DNA of 63,999 bases, filler included, from an uncultured Methanoregulaceae archaeon (GTDB lineage Archaea > Halobacteriota > Methanomicrobia > Methanomicrobiales > Methanospirillaceae): NCBI GenBank assembly GCA_964530035.1. It is 5 parts of 5 records of this genome, joined end to end, with 100 filler letters (N's around TTAATTAATTAA, not from the genome) between each part and the next. Parts side by side here need not be neighbours in the genome. Positions count along the whole stretch, not along the records: positions 1 to 14,421 come from CAZGXZ010000055.1; 4 more parts are not named here. One strand, 5' to 3'. Shown here piece after piece: positions 1 to 10,742 of the stretch. The notes beneath the pieces were generated by a model that saw only the letters and a list, made by a program, of their open reading frames with translations, had not been told where the DNA came from and searched no databases. Position numbers and translations under genes: made by a program. The number at the start of each line of letters is the position of its first letter. Position 1 is the stretch's first letter.

Positions 1-825
1 CGGTGGAAGCCTGGGGTGACCATCGACCTCGAAGGGCACCAGGCAAGGCAGTTTTCCGACCCGCTCGTCGTCATCGACCCTGTCGACCCGTGCCGGAACG
101 TGGCAGCCTCGGTCTCCCTAACCCGGATGCTTGAATTTTCAGACCTTGCGGCGGGGTACCTCGAGGCACCGCACGAGGCCTTTTTCTTACCACCCCACCC
201 CCCCCCCATTTAAAAGGGTTCCCACGCGGGAACACTCGGCAGACGAGGCACCACATTATATGCGGTCACCTTCGCGACCCCGCCGTTCATCGAGGACATC
301 GTGGTCCCCCAGCTCCGCAAGAGCACGGAGGCGGTCGCCGACCTCCTTGCAAGGAACGGGTTTATCGTCAACCGCGTGTCCCATGCCATGGGCCGGGACC
401 GCTGCATCCTCCTCTTCGAGCTGCTCACTGATGTCCTGCCGCCGGTCCGCCGCCATACCGGGCCGCCTGTCCAGAACCGTGAAAACACGGCCAGGTTTAT
501 CGAAAAGTATATCGACCCGTCATCTCCGGGACTCCTTGCCGGGCCGTTCATCGAGGGCGGGGTCTATATCGTGGAACTGGCCCGCAGGCACCGCAGGGCC
601 GGTGAACTGCTCCGGTCTGACGACGTGATGAAGGTCGGCCTCGGTAAACATGTGAGGCGGGCCATGGAGGACACCTACGAGGTCCTTGAAAATGAAGACT
701 GCTGGAGTCAGGATTTCTCACTGGACATCGGGGCATTCCTCCACAAGGAATCACCCCGCGTGAAGGTGAAAAGGGTAAGGAAACCCGAGGAAGAAGGACA
801 CGGGGAAATGAACCCGGAGAGATAA
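1..825 (+). CDS. cca: Archaeal (class I) CCA-adding enzyme, 3' part; interrupted by in-frame TAA at 211-213
   Basis: PLVVIDPVDPCRNVAASVS and IVVPQLRKS...HTGPPV motifs; ORFs 16-213 and 301-825 are in one frame separated by a single TAA next to a poly-C run. Confidence 0.85.
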
Positions 826-898
826 CAACCCCACTCCGTCCAGTATTTTGGTCCCAGATGTACTCTTTTATATCATCCGGGAGAACCCTTCACCGATC

Positions 899-2122
899 AT
901 GATGCACCGGGACCATGACGATGCCCTTTCGGAACTCATCGGTTTTGTCCTCCTCCTGGGCATCCTTACGGTAGCCCTCTCGCTCTACATCACCTACGCG
1001 GTTCCTGCCCAGGGCAGGGAGAACGAGATAGCACACATGAACTACATCGGCCAGCAGATGGTGGGTGTCAAGGGTGACATCGACTCCCTCTGGGTAAACA
1101 ACCGGCAAAACGTCCCCATCTACCGTTCCATCAACCTTGGGACGCAGAGCGGGCTGACCCAGGGCGGGTTATCCGGACTCCCGCTACTGAACCCGGTTGG
1201 GTCAGGGGGGACGCTTGGGATCAATGAAAAGAAGGACAATCTAATTATCGACTTTATACGCTCTTCTTCTGCCTCGCCAATAACACAGTCTGATTATATC
1301 CTGTATCCGGGCATGCCGTGCTGGGTTACCGTGAACTACCTCCCCGGCCCCCCTATAACGATAACTGACAGTAATAATGTTCTTTCCGTGACGTTGTTCC
1401 AGAACGAGACCTTATCCATCAGCACGGTGAAAAACAACAGCTCCATCCTTTCGAATGCGACCGTCATAAACCACCCGGAATTAGGCAGTCAGTACGCCGT
1501 AAACATCCTTGACGGGGCGTATGGCCTGAACAGCGGTTTGAATTATCCGTTTTATCTTACATTGCCATCCGGGACGAACGCCGCTTTCATGATCCCTCAG
1601 AGTTATACCCTCGAGGGGCCTGAGGTTTCATTCCCTGTGAACCACCCCATGGGTTCACTGGACTATCGTTCGAAGAACAACTATTGGATCTACCAGAATT
1701 ACTTCTACCAGAACGGTGGTGTCTTTCTGAAACAGGATGATGGGATGGTCATCCAGCTGAGCCCGGAAATATCAGTCCAAAAGAAGGTTGGTTATACCTT
1801 AGTCAGCATTACTGACCTGGAAATCCTACCAAAGGGATCATCAGATACTACCCAGCTCGGCGGGACAGGATCGGTGCAGGTCAGGGAAAGCGTCGGTGCC
1901 CCTTCCCATACCCTTGTAACGAACCTCCAGAGCGTCACAATAAGCGTGTCGGGAACAGCGGACGCACAGACGGCCGATATGTGGCGGACCGTGTTCCTGG
2001 AAGCAGACCCCGAGAATTCCGCTTCATCAGGACCAGTTTTGACTGTTTCCCGTGCTCCGGTGATCCTCGATTATATCCATGTGCCGGTTGATATCGACCT
2101 GCTGATAAACAGGGCGGTATGA
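899..2122 (+). CDS. Pilin-like surface protein with archaeal class III-type N-terminus
   Basis: N-terminal DDA|LSELIGFVLLLGILTVAL; PAQGRENEIAHM; late NNYWIYQNYFYQNGGVFLKQ segment. Start placed at ATG 899. Confidence 0.7.
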   Translation: MMHRDHDDALSELIGFVLLLGILTVALSLYITYAVPAQGRENEIAHMNYIGQQMVGVKGDIDSLWVNNRQNVPIYRSINLGTQSGLTQGGLSGLPLLNPVGSGGTLGINEKKDNLIIDFIRSSSASPITQSDYILYPGMPCWVTVNYLPGPPITITDSNNVLSVTLFQNETLSISTVKNNSSILSNATVINHPELGSQYAVNILDGAYGLNSGLNYPFYLTLPSGTNAAFMIPQSYTLEGPEVSFPVNHPMGSLDYRSKNNYWIYQNYFYQNGGVFLKQDDGMVIQLSPEISVQKKVGYTLVSITDLEILPKGSSDTTQLGGTGSVQVRESVGAPSHTLVTNLQSVTISVSGTADAQTADMWRTVFLEADPENSASSGPVLTVSRAPVILDYIHVPVDIDLLINRAV

Positions 2123-2226
2123 TATCTGACGATCAGGATGAAGTACGGTGCCGGGACAGGTACATTCTTGTGCCCCTGGCGTTATACGCAGATAAACGCG
2201 ATTCCTGATAAGGAATTGGTACTCCA

Positions 2227-5043
2227 ATGACCCGTGTCCGGAGCTTGAAAACCGACCGTGCCGATTCAGAAATGATCGGGTCCCTTCTCCTCATATCCCT
2301 GATAGCGGTCGCCGTTGCTATTGTGTTCCTTGTGCTCATCTCCCAACCCATATCGGGAAAGATCCCGGAGATCACTCCGAATATCACGACGTACACCTCT
2401 ACTCCCGGACAGACCTATATCCGCATCACCCATGTCGGAGGTGACCCGCTCGGAGAGTCGTCGTCGACAGTCTGGAACAGCGACGGGACTGTGGACCCAT
2501 CCGAAATCAGGTTGATACGATCTGACGGTTCGGAGGTTCCCTGGAAAGGGGATACGTGGGCGGTCGGCACAGCCCTTCTTGTCCCGGCCGGCAGCGCCGA
2601 TCCCGGCACCGTCGGGGTCGTATACTGGGACAGTTCGGGCCAGCATCTCCTGTTCCGGCAGGGTGCAGGCATGGAGCCGGGAAATGCATTGCAGGCTTCA
2701 TTTACCTACTCACCAAAACCCGTCATAGCCGGGCAGGTAATCCAGTTCACAGATATCACAACCGGCGGCCCGACAAGCTGGTCGTGGAGTTTCGGCGATG
2801 GTGGGACATCGAATCTCAAGAACCCCACGCACACCTACCTCAGCGCCGGAACCTACACAGTTCTCCTCACCGCGAGCAATGCAGAAGGTATGGACTCAGT
2901 TTCTCAGACTATTGTTGTGTATTCCGTACCACCCCACCTCCAGGTTTCCTTTACCGGTGTCCCGGATTCTGGGATGGCACCCCTGTCCGTCCAGTTCACG
3001 GATACCTCGTCAGGCACCCCGACGAGCTGGTACTGGGACTTTGGGGACGGTTCAACATCAAGCCTTCAGAACCCGTTGCATTCATTCCAGAATTCCGGCA
3101 CCTACCAGGTGAAACTGACAGCGGCAAATGCATTCGGTTCAGGGGCGGCGACGCAGACTATCACGGTCGCAGTATGTCCCCACCCACAGGCATCGTTCCT
3201 TGCCGCACCCATGTCCGGAAACGCACCGCTCACGGTCCAATTCACCGACGCATCAACAGGATCACCCACAAGCTGGCTCTGGGACTTCGGGGACGGCGGG
3301 ACGGGGGTAACCCGGAATGCCACCCATATCTTCAGTAACCAGGGTTCGTTCGTGGTCAGCCTGACCGTATCGAACTCCTGCGGCCAGGCAACTGCCAGCC
3401 AGACGATAACCGTGACCTCATGCCCCGTCCCCTATGCAACCTTCACAGCGGATAAAAATTCGGGACCGGTCCCTCTTGCCGTGCAGTTCACGGACACCTC
3501 GACCGGTTCACCGACAGCCTGGTCATGGAACTTTGGTGACGGGGCGACGTCAACGATCCGGAACCCGTCTCATACCTACTCAGGTGCAGGGACTTATTCT
3601 GTCACTCTCACGGTATCGAGCGCATGTGGTTCGAGCACATCCGATTCTATCGTGGTTACACCTTGCCAGGCCCCGGCAGCATCCTTCGACGTAGATAAAA
3701 ATACCGGGCCCATCCCGCTGATGGTCTATTTTTCCGACACTTCCACCGGTTCACCGACGGCCTGGTCGTGGAACTTTGGGAACGGGGATACCTCGACGAC
3801 CCGGAATCCCGTATACACCTATGGAAGTCCCGGGATCTATAACGTCACTCTCACGGCGTCGAACTCATGCGGTTCAAGTGTATCCCAGGTCCAGGTAATA
3901 ACACCGTGTCAGGCCCCGGCAGCTTCCTTCACCGTGGACAGGAGTTCAGGAAACGCACCCCTCACCGTTCAGTTCACCGATACTTCGACCGGCTCTCCAA
4001 CCTCCTGGTCCTGGAACTTCGGAGACGGCGGGACGTCAACCACCCAGAACCCATCATATACTTACACTACGGCAGGGACATGGACTGCGACTCTGACTGC
4101 GTCGAACTCATGTGGCTCGTCTGTATCACAGTCCAGGACGATAACCGTGAACGCATGCCCCACCCCCGTTGCATCTTTCACTGTAGACAAGAGCTCAGGA
4201 AACGCACCCCTCACCGTTCAGTTCACAGATACTTCGACCGGCTCACCAACCGCCTGGTCCTGGACGTTCGGAGATGGAGGGTCGTCGACCGCCCAGAACC
4301 CGCTTTATACGTATAATGAGCCTGGAACATTTACGGCTAACCTGATGGCGACGAATAATTGCGGTGCCAGCTCTTCGAGCCGGGTGATCACGGTGTCACC
4401 CCAAACCGGGAGCATCAGCGGGATCAAGTATGACGATATGAATAAGAACGAGGTCAGAGATCCCGGTGAAGGGACTTTAAAAAACTGGCAGATGTCCCTC
4501 TACCTCGCATCAGGTGGATCAGCCCTCCAATCGACGATGACAGACAATAATGGTGCCTATATCTTTTCAGGCCTGACCATTCCAGGTACATACAGGGTGG
4601 TCGAAACACTGCAATCAGGATGGAGCCCCATCAATCCTTTAACTGGTGAGATATCGACCATATTTCTTACGAAGGCGTCTCCCAATGTGGCCGGGCAAAA
4701 CTTTGGTAACGCCCTCAACAAACCGAAATGTAATTTCATCAACGGGAGGGTCACCGACAGTTCCGGTAACGGAGTTGGAGGTCGGGCCGTAGTTGCAGCT
4801 GATAAACAATGCAATATCATCCTGTCAACGACGACTGATAATAACGGCTATTTCAGCATAGGTGTTGTTGGAAACGGCCACGAATATACACTCATTCTCA
4901 CGGATATTCAGGGGTGGACCACGATCTCGCCAACTCAAATATTTTCCCACTGCGGATACAAGGGAAAGGGGTATCCTGATCTCAAGTTCACCGGACCGTG
5001 CGACATGTCTTTCACAAGGTATTTCCTGGTAAAACAGGGGTAA
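2227..5043 (+). CDS. Type IV pilin N-terminal domain + 7 PKD repeats + SdrD-B-like and C-terminal beta-sandwich domains (adhesin-like)
   Basis: DRA|DSEMIGSLLLISL and ITHVGGDPL pilin motifs; seven FTD..TG.PT.W.W.FG[DN]G repeats; GSISGIKYDDMNKNEVRDPGE SdrD-B-like motif. Confidence 0.85.
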   Translation: MTRVRSLKTDRADSEMIGSLLLISLIAVAVAIVFLVLISQPISGKIPEITPNITTYTSTPGQTYIRITHVGGDPLGESSSTVWNSDGTVDPSEIRLIRSDGSEVPWKGDTWAVGTALLVPAGSADPGTVGVVYWDSSGQHLLFRQGAGMEPGNALQASFTYSPKPVIAGQVIQFTDITTGGPTSWSWSFGDGGTSNLKNPTHTYLSAGTYTVLLTASNAEGMDSVSQTIVVYSVPPHLQVSFTGVPDSGMAPLSVQFTDTSSGTPTSWYWDFGDGSTSSLQNPLHSFQNSGTYQVKLTAANAFGSGAATQTITVAVCPHPQASFLAAPMSGNAPLTVQFTDASTGSPTSWLWDFGDGGTGVTRNATHIFSNQGSFVVSLTVSNSCGQATASQTITVTSCPVPYATFTADKNSGPVPLAVQFTDTSTGSPTAWSWNFGDGATSTIRNPSHTYSGAGTYSVTLTVSSACGSSTSDSIVVTPCQAPAASFDVDKNTGPIPLMVYFSDTSTGSPTAWSWNFGNGDTSTTRNPVYTYGSPGIYNVTLTASNSCGSSVSQVQVITPCQAPAASFTVDRSSGNAPLTVQFTDTSTGSPTSWSWNFGDGGTSTTQNPSYTYTTAGTWTATLTASNSCGSSVSQSRTITVNACPTPVASFTVDKSSGNAPLTVQFTDTSTGSPTAWSWTFGDGGSSTAQNPLYTYNEPGTFTANLMATNNCGASSSSRVITVSPQTGSISGIKYDDMNKNEVRDPGEGTLKNWQMSLYLASGGSALQSTMTDNNGAYIFSGLTIPGTYRVVETLQSGWSPINPLTGEISTIFLTKASPNVAGQNFGNALNKPKCNFINGRVTDSSGNGVGGRAVVAADKQCNIILSTTTDNNGYFSIGVVGNGHEYTLILTDIQGWTTISPTQIFSHCGYKGKGYPDLKFTGPCDMSFTRYFLVKQG

Positions 5044-5387
5044 GGATCGAGTATGACCCTGTCATAATTTGACAACCGATAGCACCCCGGACACTTGCTG
5101 CTATGGTAAGTGAAGCAACTTCTACCGCAACCATCCCACATGTCCGTGTCAGAGGTAAGAAGAAGGAGATAATCCCTGCCCTCTTCAATATTCTCTTTTT
5201 CTTACTCCTTACACTGGACTCGATCACCCCAGAAGCATCACCCGGTCTCTCTACGCAATAGCGGCAGTCCTGTTCTTCGGCATTGCATTCACCCTCCTGA
5301 ACAAATACGTCAGGGAGTAAACCTCCTCCCCGCCTCTGGGCCGGATGCACTCCCTTCATCATTACCTCCATCCAACCTGAACTCTTC

Positions 5388-6776
5388 ATGGAGGAACCGG
5401 CCGTCAGGCGCAGCGTACTGGTCGCCGCCTCGCTCGCCTCATTCCTCGTCCCCTATACCACCTCCTCCATAACCGTCGCTCTTCCCGCCATCGGTGACCA
5501 GTTCAACCTCGACCCGGCCTCCCTTGGCTGGATAACCACGGCCTACATCTTCGCCTGTGCTCTCTTCATCATCCCTGTCGGCCGCCTCGCGGATATATAC
5601 GGCCGGAAACGCTATTTTATCGCGGGGACCCTGATCTTCACGATAGGTTCGGCACTGTGCGCCCTTGCCCCCTCTGCGTCCTGGCTCATTGCATTCCGGG
5701 TATTCCAGGGCATCGGGGGCGCCTGCCTCTTCGCGACTTCGGTCGCCATCATCACCGACATTTTTCCGCCGGGAGAGCGGGGCCATGCCATCGGCCTCGT
5801 GACCGCCACGATCTATGGCGGACTCTCGATCGGGCCGTTCATCGGCGGGACCCTGACCCAGTATTTCGGGTGGCGGAGCATCTTTTTAGTCATTGTCCCG
5901 CTCGGGGTGGTCGCGATTGCCCTGACCAGCCGTCGGGTGCACGGTGAATGGAGGAACGAGTCAGGGAGGTTCGACATTGCCGGCGCGGGCATATACATGG
6001 CGATGGTCTTCTGTCTCATGCACGGCCTCACCATACTCCCGTCGCCGGAGGGAATTATCTTCATCTGTGCCGGTCTCGTGCTTACCCCGGCATTTACCCT
6101 GTGGGAGCGCCGGGCACAGTCACCCCTGCTCTCCCCAGGCCTGTTCCGGGAGAACATGACCTTCACCATGTCGAACATCGCAGCGATGATCAACTATGGT
6201 GCGACATTCGCCGTCGGGTTCCTCCTCTCCCTGTACTTCCAGTACGTGCGGGCCTTCGACCCCCAGGTCACCGGGCTCATCCTCGTTTCGCAGCCCGTCG
6301 TACAGATGCTCCTGTCCCCGGCGGCCGGAAAACTGTCTGACACCGTTGAGCCCCGCATCGTTGCTTCAGCGGGTATGGCAGTCACAGCCGCCGGGCTCAT
6401 CCCTCTTGTCTTCATCTCCGCCGAAACCCCGCTCCCGGTGATCATCGCAAGTCTCCTCCTCCTCGGGTTTGGTTATGCCCTGTTCTCATCGCCCAACACG
6501 AACGCCATCATGTCCTCGGTCGACAGGAAATACCTCGGTATTGCATCAGGCATGGTCGCAACCATGCGGACCATAGGGATGGTTGCCAGCGTTGCGGTGG
6601 CCATGATATCGTTCTCGGTGTTCATCGGGACATCAGTCATGTCGCAGGCGCTGACCGTTCCATTCCTTGACAGCATCCGGGCTGCATTCCTGGTGTTCAC
6701 CCTCCTGTGCCTCGCCGGGATACTGGCAAGTTACCGCCGCGGGTCCATCCGCCGGGCCGGTCAGGAAGCCCTGTAA
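5388..6776 (+). CDS. MFS transporter, DHA2 (EmrB/QacA-like)
   Basis: GRLADIYGRKR motif A, FRVFQGIGGA, many hydrophobic segments. Confidence 0.9.
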   Translation: MEEPAVRRSVLVAASLASFLVPYTTSSITVALPAIGDQFNLDPASLGWITTAYIFACALFIIPVGRLADIYGRKRYFIAGTLIFTIGSALCALAPSASWLIAFRVFQGIGGACLFATSVAIITDIFPPGERGHAIGLVTATIYGGLSIGPFIGGTLTQYFGWRSIFLVIVPLGVVAIALTSRRVHGEWRNESGRFDIAGAGIYMAMVFCLMHGLTILPSPEGIIFICAGLVLTPAFTLWERRAQSPLLSPGLFRENMTFTMSNIAAMINYGATFAVGFLLSLYFQYVRAFDPQVTGLILVSQPVVQMLLSPAAGKLSDTVEPRIVASAGMAVTAAGLIPLVFISAETPLPVIIASLLLLGFGYALFSSPNTNAIMSSVDRKYLGIASGMVATMRTIGMVASVAVAMISFSVFIGTSVMSQALTVPFLDSIRAAFLVFTLLCLAGILASYRRGSIRRAGQEAL

Positions 6777-6921
6777 CAACGCTGGCCAGTCCCTGGCTGT
6801 CGCACCCTGGGGCGCCCATCTTCAAAAAAGGCTCTATAACCCCTTTTTTTTGGTGTTCCGACCAGAAAGTTTATCGGGCTGTCGACAAGAGCTGTGATAA
6901 CAACCACCAGGAGGAACAGAC

Positions 6922-7395
6922 ATGAAAAAGATTCATATCCTTGCAGTGGCAGTCGTCCTCGTAACTGCCCTCATCGTCATCACGCCGCTTTCAGCAGCCG
7001 TCTTTCCGAAGAGTACAACCTTCAAGTCGAACCTGTACTCGATGAACAAGACCACCTTCAAACCGATGCCCAGCGCATCGATTAAGCCGGTTACCACCAC
7101 GATACCCGTCCCAACCGCGACGTTGAGTTTCCGCGAACGGTATGGCAGTGTCCTCAAGGCTGGTGCAAACCAGAAGGCGCTCATGCCTGCCACCGGGTGG
7201 GTAAATATGACCCCCATGCCCACCATGACCCCGACGGACCTCAACAATATCTGGGGCGGAGCGGTCCCGGGTTCACAGGACTGGAATGTTAACCTCGTCG
7301 GTGGGTCACTGCCAGGGACCGTTCCCGGGGACTCGGACTGGGGTGGGTCCCTCGTGGGTGGCTCTCCATCAGGCAATGTCGGAACCATTGGGTGA
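6922..7395 (+). CDS. Secreted Thr/Pro/Gly-rich hypothetical protein with two C-terminal 19-aa repeats
   Basis: GGAGG RBS-like motif upstream; signal peptide MKKIHILAVAVVLVTALIVITPLSA; VPGxxDWxxxLVGGS twice. Confidence 0.65.
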   Translation: MKKIHILAVAVVLVTALIVITPLSAAVFPKSTTFKSNLYSMNKTTFKPMPSASIKPVTTTIPVPTATLSFRERYGSVLKAGANQKALMPATGWVNMTPMPTMTPTDLNNIWGGAVPGSQDWNVNLVGGSLPGTVPGDSDWGGSLVGGSPSGNVGTIG

Positions 7396-7668
7396 CATTG
7401 CAGTCTTCATACCATAAACCATATTTTTAAAAAAAACACGTTTTAACGGCAGGCAGTGTCCTTCTGAACTTGGATGCCGTCCATTTTTCACGGTCCACCC
7501 CGTCGTATGATGCCCCGGCCAGCACGGAACCATCACCGTTGGAAACCCGGGATCAGCCCCTGGACCGGAACCGGATCGATACGCAGAACCGTTTTTTTAA
7601 TGCACAGGGGTCCACTTTCGCCCTGCACCCGGTGATATCTTCTCCTCTCTGACAGGGAGATCACCGGG

Positions 7669-8289
7669 ATGGACCTCTCCTGGCCCCACGGCATTGAACT
7701 CCCTGACCGGTCGCTGACCGTCGTCATAGGGCCTCCAGCCGTTCCCATTGCCGGGATCAACCGCTGCCGCGACCTCTCGCGGTACCCGTTCCTGTATGTC
7801 TGCAGCAACTTCTCCCGCATCCTCACCCACATCCACCGGACGGTCAGGTACTCGGTGCGCCGCGGCTTTACGCAGGACCAGGTGATGACCATCGTTGAAG
7901 AGTCCACCGAAACGGTCGTTTTCATCGAACATGACCCGTCCCTCTACCAGGACGACCGCCGGCTCGTCCGGGACATCGCGTTGCGGCTGCGGCAGCTCGC
8001 CGGGGCCCAGGCCATAATCATCGTGTACTCGCCGGTGACCGATGTTTTCATGCGGGAAGCCGCTTCCCGTGCCAACCAGGTCTATGCATTTCTTCCGTAC
8101 GACCGGGTCGTGCCGCCACCGCGTCCGCTGGCAGCCGGGAGACCCGCACCCTGTTCCAGGCAGGCGACACTGCCTCATTTCTTACCTGGGCCTGCTCTGG
8201 ATCCCGTGGGCGGCGTCGATCTCGGCGGCAGCTTCTTCGAGGTCGTCGAAGATCCGTTCTGCGTCCTTCCTGATCTCCCTGACGAGTGA
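7669..8289 (+). CDS. Hypothetical protein, possibly inactivated RecA/RadA-fold, with PIP-box-like motif
   Basis: VRRGFT.DQVMTIVEE...VVFIEHDPSLY segment; no Walker A; QATLPHFL near the 3' end; overlaps the convergent gene by 108 nt. Confidence 0.5.
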   Translation: MDLSWPHGIELPDRSLTVVIGPPAVPIAGINRCRDLSRYPFLYVCSNFSRILTHIHRTVRYSVRRGFTQDQVMTIVEESTETVVFIEHDPSLYQDDRRLVRDIALRLRQLAGAQAIIIVYSPVTDVFMREAASRANQVYAFLPYDRVVPPPRPLAAGRPAPCSRQATLPHFLPGPALDPVGGVDLGGSFFEVVEDPFCVLPDLPDE

Positions 8290-8595
8290 GCAGAGGCTGT
8301 TTCCCCGGATGCATACAAGTTTTTTCCTGCGGAAAAGGATGCCCGACTCAAGGAAATGCCGGACATGGTGGTTTACCCGGGCCTCTGAGATCGCAAGATC
8401 GGCTGCAATCTCCTCCACGGGGACGCCGGGCTCCCGGGCATACCGGCGGAGGAGGGCTGCGATGATTGCGGTAGCCACCCTTTCGGTGTCTCTTCCGCTC
8501 CCGAACCCCATGCTGTTGCAAAACCACCGGAGGTCGTCGTCATGGTTCGCGAGGGGTGGTTTATCCAGATGCCTGAGGATGATCTGACGGGTCAT
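8182..8595 (-). CDS. Winged-helix (ArsR-like) transcriptional regulator
   Basis: VPVEEIAADLAISEARVNHHVRHFLESGIL HTH; divergent from groES. Confidence 0.75.
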   Translation of the reverse strand: MTRQIILRHLDKPPLANHDDDLRWFCNSMGFGSGRDTERVATAIIAALLRRYAREPGVPVEEIAADLAISEARVNHHVRHFLESGILFRRKKLVCIRGNSLCSLVREIRKDAERIFDDLEEAAAEIDAAHGIQSRPR

Positions 8596-8625
8596 GAACT
8601 CTGCCTAGTCCGTTTGTCTGCGGAC

Positions 8626-8646
8626 CATATCAATACTATTGATATG
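8626..8646. promoter_or_regulatory. Perfect 21-bp palindrome, candidate operator
   Basis: CATATCAATA-C-TATTGATATG between the HTH gene and groES; TATA-like TTATATA at 8668-8674. Confidence 0.55.
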
Positions 8647-8733
8647 ATATAGACATTTTACATATGATTATATAGGGACCAGACATATATGTATGGCACT
8701 GGCCTGGTACAGGAAGGCCGGTAGGAACTATCC

Positions 8734-9006
8734 ATGCAGATCACTCCTATTGGACAACGTGTGTTGATTAAGCCGGAGACCCCTGAGGAGCGGACCAAGA
8801 GCGGGATCTACATCCCCGAATCCGCACAGGAGAAGAGAAAGGAGGGCAGGGTTATCGCTGCCGGGACCTACGACGACGGTAAGCCGCTTCCCCTGAAGGC
8901 CGGGGACAAGGTCCTGTACGGCGGTTACAGCTCTGAGAAGTTTGAATTTGACGGCGAAAGCCTTGTCTTCGTGGAATTCAAGGATATCCTCGCCAAGGTC
9001 GAGTGA
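8734..9006 (+). CDS. groES: Co-chaperonin GroES
   Basis: ITPIGQRVLIKP, mobile loop TKSGIYIP, LKAGDKVLY, DILAKVE. Confidence 0.97.
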   Translation: MQITPIGQRVLIKPETPEERTKSGIYIPESAQEKRKEGRVIAAGTYDDGKPLPLKAGDKVLYGGYSSEKFEFDGESLVFVEFKDILAKVE

Positions 9007-10626
<1,620 letters not shown>

Positions 10627-10742
10627 TTCATTTTTTGCCCATGTAAAAAACCAAAAGGTAATCCGGGAACGGTGCGATTCTATTGTTATCCGTCTGCTGC
10701 ATCAGCCCTGATGTCCTGAAGACCGGTAAAATGGTCTAAACC

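Noticed and set aside
5096..5106. 11-bp match (TGCTGCTATGG) to the tRNA-Glu 3' end as a possible att site
   Set aside because: Short, on a different contig, and no integrase nearby
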